From positions 32,001 through 96,000 of IMG/VR virus record IMGVR_UViG_3300021400_001366: a DNA stretch of 64,000 bases, one strand, 5' to 3'. Within the stretch, counting starts at the first letter, position 1. Each line of letters begins with the position of its first letter. Source of the stretch: a virus. Its lineage: Duplodnaviria; Caudoviricetes. The notes beneath the pieces were generated by a model, which made no database searches, had not been told where the DNA came from, and saw only the letters and a list, made by a program, of their open reading frames with translations. The position numbers and the translations under genes were made by a program. Positions 49,797 through 59,918 of this stretch are shown here, one piece after another.

Positions 49797-50786
49797 TTAT
49801 GACGCACGTTTATTATATGAACTCTGAACGTTCTTCTGGTCAATGTAGATGTACTTCATCGTAGTGTCAATCTTTTCGTGGCCAAGGATATGGGCGACTT
49901 CTTCGATGCTCATTCCATGGTTGACGAGATTGGTTGCAAACGTTCTCCTAAACCTATGAGGATGCACATTACTAACGCCAGCCTTTTCGGACAAGGCTTT
50001 CAACATATTTCTTATACCTCCTGGTGTTAGTCTGGTAGAACCTTTGCCGATAAATATAGCTTCTTCATCATCGACCCTTGACTTTAAATATCTTGAAAGT
50101 AGCATGGCCGCAACATCATCAAAGTAGACCGTCCTCTCTTTGCCACCTTTTCCAAGTACCACACACTTTTTATTTGTGAAATCTACATCACTTCTATTCA
50201 GGCCGCACACTTCGCTAATGCGGCAACCAGTAGAATAAAGAAAACCAATTATAGCTTTGTCGCGGCTACACTCGCATTTTTCTTTTAAACGTTCAATGTC
50301 AGATCCAGTAAATGGAACTTTGATCTTCTTATGTACTTTTATGGGTGATAGATTTGCAGAAGGATCAGTTGGAAGTAAACCATCTCTATAAACCCATCCA
50401 AAGAAAGAGCATAGTGTGCTGCGAACACTGGCTATCGTAGAGTCTGCTTTTCCAGAAGATCGCATATCTGAAAGATATTTTCTTAGATTAGCAGCCATTA
50501 TCTCCCTGATAGGCACATCTATTTCTTTGAACGCGCGAGTAATCAGGTAACGATATGCCTCGATTGTATTAGGAGATTTGCCCTCTATTTCCTTTGCAGA
50601 CAAAAACTCGTTCAGTAATTCATCCGCTTCAAAATCAACGGTAGTGTCAGCTATGCGCTCCATGTCGAACTTACCAAGATGCTCGGACACGGTGTCAATG
50701 ACAGTTGTCATCTGATCTACTGTTAAAACATTACTCAATTCTTTCTTGATATTCGCAACAAAGATTTGTTTGCTAGCAATAGACAT
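49797..50786 (-). CDS. tyrosine recombinase (XerC/D-like)
   Basis: TGCRISE, GKGGKER, HPHRFRR, LGH, TTMKY. Confidence 0.93.
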   Translation of the reverse strand: MSIASKQIFVANIKKELSNVLTVDQMTTVIDTVSEHLGKFDMERIADTTVDFEADELLNEFLSAKEIEGKSPNTIEAYRYLITRAFKEIDVPIREIMAANLRKYLSDMRSSGKADSTIASVRSTLCSFFGWVYRDGLLPTDPSANLSPIKVHKKIKVPFTGSDIERLKEKCECSRDKAIIGFLYSTGCRISEVCGLNRSDVDFTNKKCVVLGKGGKERTVYFDDVAAMLLSRYLKSRVDDEEAIFIGKGSTRLTPGGIRNMLKALSEKAGVSNVHPHRFRRTFATNLVNHGMSIEEVAHILGHEKIDTTMKYIYIDQKNVQSSYNKRAS

Positions 50787-50816
50787 CGTTACAACCTCCA
50801 CTAAACTTGTGATTAT

Positions 50817-50845
50817 ATTATATAGTGTGTCCCACTATTTGTCAA
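50817..50845 (-). promoter_or_regulatory. consensus sigmaA promoter of the tyrosine recombinase
   Basis: TTGACA-17 bp-TATAAT on the - strand. Confidence 0.75.
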
Positions 50846-50927
50846 GGTTATTTCATACTTCTGTCATAATTTTACATTTACAAATTTTCTCTGACCATCT
50901 ATACTAGAAGAAGGGGAGGTGTTGTAG

Positions 50928-51128
50928 TTGCCTATATCAGAAGCGCAAAGAAGAGCAACAGACAAATGGCATAAGAACAACATAACCAAGGTCGGATGTT
51001 CCGTCAGAAAAGAAAAGGCCGAAGAATTTAAGAACGCTTGCAAGAAACTGGGGCTAGTCCCAAACGCCATCTTCAAAGAAGTTATCGACGATATAATTGA
51101 AAAGGCAAAAATAAAGGAGAACGAATAA
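50928..51128 (+). CDS. small ribbon-helix-helix (Arc-like) regulator
   Basis: SEAQRRATDKW...AEEFKNAC..LG...NAIF; GGAGGT RBS. Confidence 0.6.
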   Translation: MPISEAQRRATDKWHKNNITKVGCSVRKEKAEEFKNACKKLGLVPNAIFKEVIDDIIEKAKIKENE

Positions 51129-51181
51129 GCATCGTTCTCCTTAACATTGTAATTGTTGAAGTTACTGATTTAAAACGGTCA

Positions 51182-53860
51182 TTAGCTGATTGAGTTGTAT
51201 TGATTGATTACATACCTGTCCGTAACGAGGTTACTGTACTCTACGGGGACATTATTGCATCCAATCAATGTAACATCATACCCCTGCTTTGCCGAACTCC
51301 CATCAGTAACCATACGAATTTTGGGGATGTGGCAGTTACAAATCATTACCTCGTCTTTTCTGCCGTTTTGGTCGCTGGACGAAAACTGGATATACGGGTC
51401 CGCCTTATTCGACACGAATACACAGTTCGTCAGACTGAACCGTGAACGATCATTTACAGCAGCATAAGCGTCATGCGTAGACCAAATTCCGACAGAATTT
51501 TGTGATTCGACAATACACCTGTCAAACGTAACTTCCATCAGCTTATTGTGGCCCGCGCCGTATACATACGTCCCATACGTCCCCGGCAGGAGCGTGAACA
51601 CGCAGTCGATATAATGATGCTTGGAGCCGTTATAGTCGGCAATCCCGCTGGTTTCGTCATGTACGACATAGCGGCAATTCTGCGCTTGCACTTTGATATT
51701 CTTAATCGTACATGTGCCGCTGATATTCAGCGGAGAGAAAAGAAACGCTGTTTCGGAATTTATCATCTGTTCCGCGGTAGGCAACCATTTCAGCACAACA
51801 TTACCCAAGCCGATAATGGTTGTGTTCGGCGGTACAACATGGCACACATCCCGCCAGTTCAGCGACGAGGCTTGCGGAGAAATGGAGGCTATATAATCTG
51901 CCCCGCCCATTTCCGCGAAGATGTCATACTCGCCGGGATTTACATAGACGGTTTTCTCGCGTGTATCGTCAGACAAGGCTATCAGCATTGTCGTAAAAGT
52001 CGCGAAATCAGCGCTGCTACCGCCGACAGTATAAACTGTGGATTTAAGGTTCAGCCACTCGATATTAATATCCGATACAATCCAATACGCTTTAGCGAAC
52101 CCATAAAACTGATTAAGGATAGCGTAGTATTCATCGGCCAAGAAAGTTTCCGACCTTTGTGCAAGAGCTTGAAATGAAACCTTGCGCAGGAAATAACCAT
52201 CTTTTCCAAACACCCAAAACGCTATCGATGTGCTGTCAACATTTTCGTTCAGGCGCAGCCCGCTATAAATCAATGCCCCGCTTTGGTCGCGTATGGCGAC
52301 AGGCGGTGTATTATGAGCATAAGTCGATGTCGTGGCATAGTTCCTATAATTATCGATCGTAGCCGTTCCATCAAAACTGTATGACCCTTCCACCGTATCA
52401 AAGCTGTCAAACGCTTTGATGGTCTTGATTGCAATAGCATCCAATACCGGGATAGCGGTTTGTGTTTCGCTGCTTTCCGACGTATCAAACCGCGTTTTAA
52501 GATAGAGTTTGCCGTTTATGCTGCTATTCGGCCCGACATAAAAACGCAGATTACCGTCGTGCAACGTTGTAAATTCATACTTTCCCGCAGCCGTTATAAC
52601 GGCATATACGTCCGAACCATATCCGACAGTAAACACCGACGCACTGCCCGAACGAGTCTGTACATCCAAAATGCAATCGGTATTCGCAGGTATCGCATAT
52701 TCCAGCGTAGCGCTTTGCGTATAATCGAACGCCACTCCATTCAAAAAAGCATCAAATTCGGTTGCCGTTTGGTTTGTCTCTTGCTCGACAGCATCAATCC
52801 TGCTAGCATAGCCACTAACGGTTTGCGACAGGTCGGACACATCCTGAGTGATGCCATCAACAGTCGTTTCCAGCGCGGCAATCTGTGCCTCTGCAACAGC
52901 GTCATATGCGGTGATGTGCGGAGTGAAAGCTGTCTTTTCGGTGCCAATCTCCACTTGCATATTTTTGATGTGCAGGAGGTAGTTAAACGCCCTCGAATCA
53001 ACAATAGCCATGGATAAATGATCTATTGTTTTTGCAGCGGCAGTCGTGCCCTGTATGGCTGTAGGCGTTGCAATACTGGCGTTCATGACACAGATATTGG
53101 CCCCTGTAGAATCTGTATAATTTGCTTTTATGGCTATTGCATTATGCGTATAATCTCCAATATCGCTAATATAATAGTCAAATGATATTGTATACCGAGC
53201 GTTAGATTCAAACACACCATCGACAGGCAAAATCGACGAAAACGCATTATAGAACGCTCTAACAGTCCCGACATAATAACCATCTGTATCAAGTGTAATG
53301 GTATCAATATCAAAAGCACCGTTATCAAAGATATTGCGCGTTTTTTGCGTTATCTGGCTCTTTAAGTCAGTAACATCACCCTCGATCTCCGTAACGTCTG
53401 TGTTAATATTTGTTACATTAGTTTGTAGAGTTTCAATATCTTCCTCTGCCTTGGTAAGCCTTTCGTCAATCGAAGATAGATCGGTTAATGTAAACGAGAT
53501 ACTACCGCCAGCATGTGAACTTTTCCTGATGTGCGTAGCGTTCGCAGTCGCTTCCAGTTCAACAGTCTTTTCACCATTACCAAACGAACCAAAGTCGTCA
53601 ACTTTGCCAGATACTTGACCGTCATTGGTTGTGAAAAATTTCGGGAACGAAGTTATGTCTGAACCAACAACTGTCAACCTGTATTTGTGACCCGCAATAA
53701 AATTGAATGGGTAAGACGTTGCAGCCGTGGGCAAATCCGTCTGGTTAATAGAGTATTGCAGATTTGATTTTAACTCTTCTATATCCTCTCTAGCTTCTGC
53801 GTCTGTTATGATATATTTTACCTCACCAACAGCTAGAGATTTCATCGGTTTTTCTATCAT
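51182..53860 (-). CDS. virion receptor-binding/depolymerase-like protein with C-terminal beta-helix
   Basis: coiled-coil stretches, beta-rich modules, pectin-lyase-like C-terminus (VYVNPGEYD, RYVVHDE). Confidence 0.65.
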   Translation of the reverse strand: MIEKPMKSLAVGEVKYIITDAEAREDIEELKSNLQYSINQTDLPTAATSYPFNFIAGHKYRLTVVGSDITSFPKFFTTNDGQVSGKVDDFGSFGNGEKTVELEATANATHIRKSSHAGGSISFTLTDLSSIDERLTKAEEDIETLQTNVTNINTDVTEIEGDVTDLKSQITQKTRNIFDNGAFDIDTITLDTDGYYVGTVRAFYNAFSSILPVDGVFESNARYTISFDYYISDIGDYTHNAIAIKANYTDSTGANICVMNASIATPTAIQGTTAAAKTIDHLSMAIVDSRAFNYLLHIKNMQVEIGTEKTAFTPHITAYDAVAEAQIAALETTVDGITQDVSDLSQTVSGYASRIDAVEQETNQTATEFDAFLNGVAFDYTQSATLEYAIPANTDCILDVQTRSGSASVFTVGYGSDVYAVITAAGKYEFTTLHDGNLRFYVGPNSSINGKLYLKTRFDTSESSETQTAIPVLDAIAIKTIKAFDSFDTVEGSYSFDGTATIDNYRNYATTSTYAHNTPPVAIRDQSGALIYSGLRLNENVDSTSIAFWVFGKDGYFLRKVSFQALAQRSETFLADEYYAILNQFYGFAKAYWIVSDINIEWLNLKSTVYTVGGSSADFATFTTMLIALSDDTREKTVYVNPGEYDIFAEMGGADYIASISPQASSLNWRDVCHVVPPNTTIIGLGNVVLKWLPTAEQMINSETAFLFSPLNISGTCTIKNIKVQAQNCRYVVHDETSGIADYNGSKHHYIDCVFTLLPGTYGTYVYGAGHNKLMEVTFDRCIVESQNSVGIWSTHDAYAAVNDRSRFSLTNCVFVSNKADPYIQFSSSDQNGRKDEVMICNCHIPKIRMVTDGSSAKQGYDVTLIGCNNVPVEYSNLVTDRYVINQYNSIS

Positions 53861-53873
53861 TATTTATCCTCCT

Positions 53874-54295
53874 TTAGCCGCCAAGAATTACGTTGCCGTT
53901 GCCATCATCCGACGCAGAAATGTTTGTCGAATAAGGGAAAACGAAATTCAGAATCGCGTCATTATCAGTTCCAACATTCTCAACGGCTAGCGCTCCCTTT
54001 GTGACAGTGCCAACCCTTATCGTTGCAGCGTCGCCTTTGTCGCCCTTGTTCTTGAGAATCTTTTCTAGCAACGCGCCATAGGTTTCAATATCCATTACGC
54101 TTCACCGACTTTCTTCCAAACTCCATGTTGATCTAAGCGATATAACAGTTGAAGATCAGCAGTTGAAGCGGAACTGCCAGGAGCATCAGTAGTTGGCAAA
54201 GTCGCAGTATCAGAAACATCATCGATCATGTATTCCTTGTGCGCTTCGCCAAAGTTCTCGCCTATGCCGCCAATTTTAATTAACGTCCATGACAT
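53874..54295 (-). other. two small structural-module CDSs (53874-54095, 54095-54295)
   Basis: collagen-like KGDKGD; DDGNGNV motif. Confidence 0.55.
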
Positions 54296-55147
54296 TTATC
54301 CCACCGCCTTATTAGTAAAAGTCATTGTCACATTGCCGTTATCATCATCAGTCAGAATAACATAATACGGAAGCTCAACGTCGCCAGGCTGGAATGAATC
54401 CAAATCTGCAATCTCAACCATATCAATCATATTGCCTTTGCGATCAGGCATCACCGTGAATGTCAGCGTTATTTCAGCAGGATCACCCTCAGAAGAGAAT
54501 GACACTTCAATATTCCTGTTCAAGATTGCGCGATAAACCACAATCAGAAACGGAGTGAAGTCGCCATCTTCACCTTTGTTAATGGTTGACATGGTGAACT
54601 TGTATTCAGTCATCGGAGCCTTGTTGTTAAACGCGAATGTTGAAGCCTTTGTATTCCTTGTCACTACGAAACCAATTTCATACTTGTGACCAACCAGAAA
54701 ATTGCCGCTAACCTCATCGTCTGCAAAAGTACACGGAATAAGAGAATCCGCATCGCCAAACGAACCTTCTGGGTAAGCAAATACTGTTCCCGCTTTAATT
54801 TCAGCGCCAGTAGACACACTCAGGGGGACTTTACCATCTTCGACACAGGCAACAACAGCAGTTGAAGCATAAATTGCGCTAGACTTTTTCACGTTGCCTG
54901 AGATCAACTCATAGAGTTTGCTAGGGTAAACCTGCGCGGTAATAGTAACAGTTCCATCAAGCGGGTTCGCAAACTGAATACGCCTTGTGCTTTTCGCCAT
55001 AGCGTATACGCTGTCTGATTCAATACCGACAGACGTAGTGTTTGCGGTTTCAAAATACATAAACGGCTTGCCAGAAGCGCGATAGCGAATGTCAACATCG
55101 CAAACTTGTCTGTTAGCTCGTTTTCTGTAGGACATTCCTACGCTCAT
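54296..55147 (-). CDS. tail-tube-like structural protein
   Basis: RANRQVCDVDIR...FSSEGDPAEITLTF pattern of siphophage tail tube families. Confidence 0.5.
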   Translation of the reverse strand: MSVGMSYRKRANRQVCDVDIRYRASGKPFMYFETANTTSVGIESDSVYAMAKSTRRIQFANPLDGTVTITAQVYPSKLYELISGNVKKSSAIYASTAVVACVEDGKVPLSVSTGAEIKAGTVFAYPEGSFGDADSLIPCTFADDEVSGNFLVGHKYEIGFVVTRNTKASTFAFNNKAPMTEYKFTMSTINKGEDGDFTPFLIVVYRAILNRNIEVSFSSEGDPAEITLTFTVMPDRKGNMIDMVEIADLDSFQPGDVELPYYVILTDDDNGNVTMTFTNKAVG

Positions 55148-55185
55148 ACTTTTTCACATCCTTTTCGTTATAAACATAATCTCTC

Positions 55186-55524
55186 TTATGGTTCAGCGGC
55201 ATCCTCTTGATCGTTAGTAACGAAATCACACTTCACAATCATGAAACTAAGCGTATCGGTTGTTCCCACAACTTCCTCGCCAGTGCCATATAGAGTTAAA
55301 TTGCATATGCCACATGTTATCTCCGCTGGAAGTGTAACCGTCTTATCATCGTCCAGTTCAACGTTGTAGTGATTGCCGCCTTGCCTGAATTGCGCGATTA
55401 CGTTCATACCGTACCAATCGTCTGGAAGCAAGAATGTAAACTTGACGAAGTTCCTTGATTGGTCAACAATATAAATTGTATCTGAAGTAAGATGCTGACC
55501 TTCAATAGTAACTGTTATATTCAC
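55186..55524 (-). CDS. BppU-like baseplate protein
   Basis: FTFLLPDDW...AQF...LPAE pattern. Confidence 0.5.
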   Translation of the reverse strand: MNITVTIEGQHLTSDTIYIVDQSRNFVKFTFLLPDDWYGMNVIAQFRQGGNHYNVELDDDKTVTLPAEITCGICNLTLYGTGEEVVGTTDTLSFMIVKCDFVTNDQEDAAEP

Positions 55525-57705
55525 CTAATCGCCTCCTGTCTGGTATGGGAAAGAGCGTGTGACCTGCCGCGTTTCCAAAGTGCTTGTAAAGTCAAAATCA
55601 CCTTCAGTATATGGTACGTCGATATTATCCATAGCTGGCGCTCCAACTCTTACACAAGTAATCGTTATATTGCGGGCATTGCCGCTAATCACGCGCTTAA
55701 CAGCCACGACATCAAATGCCTGTTCAGTTATAGTGCCAACTCTACGATACTGCCTAATATATGGTTCTGTATTCCCGTATGCGCCACACTTGTCACATGT
55801 AGTCGTAATAATGGGTGTACCGCCAACCGTATGATAAATAGCGTCAGCATGATTATGACCTTGAAATACAGCCAGAACTTTTCCGTTGCGATCAGTGTTT
55901 GAATTTAATGTGTCTATGGCTGTTGCATACTCAGAGCCTTGACCGATAAAGGTAATGACGCTGGTTTGTTCGTCTTTTGATGACATACCCATAAAATGTG
56001 TGAATACAATAGCATCCCAATCTTGCGGCATATTTAGCGCTTCATTGACGAACCAATCCAGTTCAGATGCATCATAATCAAACTCATCACCAGCATGGAA
56101 AGCATTGAGAATAATATATCTGATTTTCTGCTGCATATTATCAACATAGTAGTAATGACGATCAGGATTACCTATCTGGTCGTTATTATATGAATCCATC
56201 AGATAGTATAAATTGGAAGCCGTGCCATCTGCGAACCATTCATGATTCCCTATCACATGGTAGATTTTGTGCGGGAACACTCTCCTTAAACCATCGCAAA
56301 ATTCTTCGTTATATCCGTCGCCTGTATCACCGCCACTAAACAATCTTGGTATGTGGCAATTGCAATTGATATAATTAATCAGCTGTAAACTAAGCTGCCT
56401 ATTTGAACTCCAATGCACGTCGGTGATAAATATGAAAACGTCGGACGCTTCTTTACCATACTCATTTATTGCCCTGGCCTTATTCTGTAGGTAATTGTTT
56501 GCAAAATAATAATCAGGCAGAGAGTATGAGAAGTTCATAGTATTTACAACGGCATCCCTTAAATCATCAGACAAGGTAACGCCGGTAGGTCTGCCCTTTG
56601 TAATTGTAACATTTTCAAATGTCACATCACCAAAGATCAATCCGCTACCACGGGCTGGGTATAAGTAGAACTCTATCTTATTAACACCGCCACTTATGTC
56701 ACTCTGTAGGATGTTGACAATATTTGAATATATGGTTCTAACTAACGTGCTTCCGTTATACAGATAGATTGTGAATGGCGATGAATCAGGATTATTCTTT
56801 ATGATCTTTGCTTGTACCGTATAAATGTCTCCAAGCGAAATTGTGCCGTTATATGTGTATAATAGCCTGGAAGCATATCCTTGTGAACTGGCCGTGTTTA
56901 CAGTTTCTAGGTTGCTACTGAACAATATGTTAGAGTAATCCAGATATTTGAAAGTATATAGATCATAACTAACTGTAACTGTTTCACTGTTTCTGCAAGA
57001 CAACCTGAAATATTTTGCGCCATCTGGAACGTTTATTACACCTTCGGCAGTAAACTTATCCAAAAATACTTCATGCTCATCATAGAAAACATTATAATCC
57101 TTATTATCGGGAGCAGTAGATGTTACGCTGATAGTGGTATTACTGCCGATCTCAACAAAATCAGTGTACTTCCAAGAACTATATGCTACAATAGAACCAT
57201 TCGTGTTATCGATATATCCACCGGAAGTCCAAGAAAGTGAATAGCTTTCAATACTCTTATCTGCCAATTGGTTCATAGCGGATTCTTGAATAATCCTTGC
57301 GTCGCTCATAGCGGTTTCCGCTGCGGATAGAAGCTGTTCAACCAAGGTTGGCGTTACGGTTCCAGTATTGGCTATATCATCACTCCAAGCACCGTTCATT
57401 ATTGTATAACTAACAGTGTTTGAAGTTATGCGGGAATTACCTTTAATGCCGAAAACACCAAAGTATATCTTGCCTTTGTCGGCCAGAACTTCAGCGGGAA
57501 TAACGGCATACCCGTTTGTTAATTGAACAGAATAAGGCGTGTCTGTATCATATCCCCAAAATAGGGCAGTGCATGTATACCCAGTCCAATTATTGTCAAA
57601 AGTGAAATGTATTCTATCAACTTGAATGTTGTCAGATGTCATCATGTGACCCGGAAATGGCAACACAAGCCGATGTCCTTGAACACTCACCTCTAAATCA
57701 TACAT
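55525..57705 (-). CDS. baseplate-anchored protein with C-terminal metallophosphoesterase
   Basis: BppU-like N-terminus; ITDVH, GGDTGD, GNHE, FTH and GHNH motifs. Confidence 0.75.
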   Translation of the reverse strand: MYDLEVSVQGHRLVLPFPGHMMTSDNIQVDRIHFTFDNNWTGYTCTALFWGYDTDTPYSVQLTNGYAVIPAEVLADKGKIYFGVFGIKGNSRITSNTVSYTIMNGAWSDDIANTGTVTPTLVEQLLSAAETAMSDARIIQESAMNQLADKSIESYSLSWTSGGYIDNTNGSIVAYSSWKYTDFVEIGSNTTISVTSTAPDNKDYNVFYDEHEVFLDKFTAEGVINVPDGAKYFRLSCRNSETVTVSYDLYTFKYLDYSNILFSSNLETVNTASSQGYASRLLYTYNGTISLGDIYTVQAKIIKNNPDSSPFTIYLYNGSTLVRTIYSNIVNILQSDISGGVNKIEFYLYPARGSGLIFGDVTFENVTITKGRPTGVTLSDDLRDAVVNTMNFSYSLPDYYFANNYLQNKARAINEYGKEASDVFIFITDVHWSSNRQLSLQLINYINCNCHIPRLFSGGDTGDGYNEEFCDGLRRVFPHKIYHVIGNHEWFADGTASNLYYLMDSYNNDQIGNPDRHYYYVDNMQQKIRYIILNAFHAGDEFDYDASELDWFVNEALNMPQDWDAIVFTHFMGMSSKDEQTSVITFIGQGSEYATAIDTLNSNTDRNGKVLAVFQGHNHADAIYHTVGGTPIITTTCDKCGAYGNTEPYIRQYRRVGTITEQAFDVVAVKRVISGNARNITITCVRVGAPAMDNIDVPYTEGDFDFTSTLETRQVTRSFPYQTGGD

Positions 57706-57719
57706 TCTTTAACACCACC

Positions 57720-58178
57720 TCAATCATCCAGACTACCGACCTTTGGCAGTTCTTCGACTTGAGTAACCAGCCGCTTCACATAGCCGTTGCCGTGGAATAT
57801 GTCGGTATATTCCTGAAACATTTCTTCAAGCGATTTGAGTTTGCCTATCTGAATCTCGCCAGCCTTTAATGCTTCATAGCAGGTATCAACAATGGTGTGA
57901 CGAATCTGCTTGAGGTTGACACCCTTCTGTTCTTCTAGGCACTCATTGATATGTTGCAACGACGCATTAATTTGAGTTAACGTTTCATCGTGCGCCCTCA
58001 ATAACTCCGATTGTTTCTCATTATCTTCTTTCAATTTATTATATTTGGCGAACACCTCATAGAGTTTGGTTATGCCTTTGATAATCACTGTTAGGATTGC
58101 GATTATGACGATAGCCCAAGCTATGAGGGTTCCTATTTTTATGTCTGCAAGCGTTGACCAGACCGAATTTGTGTCCAT
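57720..58178 (-). CDS. holin-like membrane protein
   Basis: single TM helix, coiled coil, Y...GNGY motif; next to the lysin. Confidence 0.55.
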   Translation of the reverse strand: MDTNSVWSTLADIKIGTLIAWAIVIIAILTVIIKGITKLYEVFAKYNKLKEDNEKQSELLRAHDETLTQINASLQHINECLEEQKGVNLKQIRHTIVDTCYEALKAGEIQIGKLKSLEEMFQEYTDIFHGNGYVKRLVTQVEELPKVGSLDD

Positions 58179-58201
58179 GCTGTTTCATCCTCTCTATTGA
58201 A

Positions 58202-58226
58202 GGGGGAGTCATGTTAGGACTCCCCC
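58202..58226. terminator. GC hairpin downstream of the endolysin; near-identical to 25972-25994
   Basis: GGGGGAGTC-ATGTTAG-GACTCCCCC. Confidence 0.6.
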
Positions 58227-58238
58227 ATATGTATTAAC

Positions 58239-59409
58239 TCAAGCCCAGAACAAAAAATATTGCTTGGCGGCTTTTTTTACTTCTGAGTAAGTTCCTTTTG
58301 CTCGGTCAGAACTAGCGCTTGCAGGATCGCAAACACGTATATACTTTCCATCGTCAGCCCACAAGCAGCAGAAATGCGTTAATCCTTCATGTTTCCATGA
58401 GGCCAGACTATATCTTCATCTGATAATATCAGAGCGCGGCGCTTCCAAAGCAGGAGTTTCACCTGCAATGTACTTCCTCTCGGAATAGTCGTTACACCTT
58501 CCTTCGTTAAAAGGCTCGGCACGGTATGGGCATGTGTTTCCATTTAGCTTCCACCGTTAGCCACTCAATGAGTGACACCCGACACGTATCGGTTCACCGC
58601 GTTAGGAGGCCATTACGCCAACCTCCCTTTGTCCACTTGCTAGGTCTGAATGAAACAACAACTAAACCGCCTGTTGCCAGACAGTTACGCATGGCTTCAA
58701 ATGAATCTGTTTGAATAAACTTACTTGCATGATAATAATTGGCTATAGCCCTAAAAAATCCCCAAGCTGTCCCTGAGTTCTCCGTCCGATAACCATGCTT
58801 CACTGAATAATCGGCTAGAATAATCGGTGTTACTTTCTTATCCCAGAACTCATATACAACATCTGCCATAGCTGTGGGGCCACAACCAGAATTTCTAATA
58901 GTCTGCTTTTTGTTATAAGTGCCGTTCTTTGTATACACATGTGATGCGTAGGGTTCACTGTATTGCTTAAAATTTTTGCAACTCTTCCTCTGGGTAGGAT
59001 TTGTTGGCATACTAGGTGCAACCGTTCCCGCACTCAACCCAAACAGAGCACTCCAAGTCTTTTTCCCTACAACACCGTCAACTTCCAAATCCTTAGAAGC
59101 CTGATACGTCTTAACATGCGCGATCTCATCAGACGTATAAACGCCATCTGGCTTCATGGTAGTAATCAGCACTTCCAGTGCATTGACATATATTCCAGTA
59201 GAACCGAACCTCAATGTAGGCGCATTATCCACAATCTTCTGATATGTATTCCTGCCAACGATACCATCAGCATCCAGCCCATATCTTTTCTGGTAATTCA
59301 TTACGGCCGTTTCAGTTTTCGCGCCAAATATCCCATCGGCAGCAGCACCAACGATATACTGTACGGCCTTAACCATGTCGCCACGACTACCACGTTTTAA
59401 CATAATCAT
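58239..59409 (-). CDS. endolysin: two peptidoglycan-binding domains plus C39-like cysteine peptidase; complement(join(58239..58376,58621..59409)), ~308 aa
   Basis: DGIFG/DGIVG repeats, SGCGPTAMA, and GG|HF...DPAS restored by splicing. Confidence 0.88.
58377..58620 (-). mobile_element. group I intron, ORF-less (244 nt)
   Basis: P1 GGAGGU| with GCCUCC; GUAACGACUA and AAGAUAUAGUCU cores; terminal G. Confidence 0.9.
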
Positions 59410-59566
59410 AGTTAGACCTCCTTACCGTTGATAACAACTACTTCTCGCGGCTTATCTGCATTTTGAGGTTCAGTAGCAATCCCCTTAATCTTCTCAATCA
59501 AAGCGTCGATCACTTTCATTGGTTTATCCTCCTAACAAAAACAAGACCGCCGCTATGACGATCTTG

Positions 59567-59917
59567 TTACTCTTTTCGTAGTTTTGTTATTGCACGATAT
59601 GCTCTACGCGCAGAATTGTGTACGCGCGTTTTCAAATCCTTCCCGCTGTTTATTGTTACTATTCTTCCAGTTTTCTTCTCTTTGAACTCATATGTAAGTT
59701 TGCGCATCGTGAGGCTTACCTTAACTAATTCCATCTGCAAGGTTCTGTATTCGCCTTTGACCTTGCACACGACATAATACTTTTGCCCCACCTGCAATTC
59801 ATCTTCCGCTTCCTCGTTAATGATCTTCAAGACTTCGGTCAGCGCTGCGAAATAGCCAGGTTCACCCTCGTCATATCTTATCAGGTCATTAATTCTCTCT
59901 ATAACTCTATCTATCAT
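59567..59917 (-). CDS. hypothetical protein
   Basis: start MIDRVIE after GAGG. Confidence 0.55.
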   Translation of the reverse strand: MIDRVIERINDLIRYDEGEPGYFAALTEVLKIINEEAEDELQVGQKYYVVCKVKGEYRTLQMELVKVSLTMRKLTYEFKEKKTGRIVTINSGKDLKTRVHNSARRAYRAITKLRKE

Positions 59918-59918
59918 C

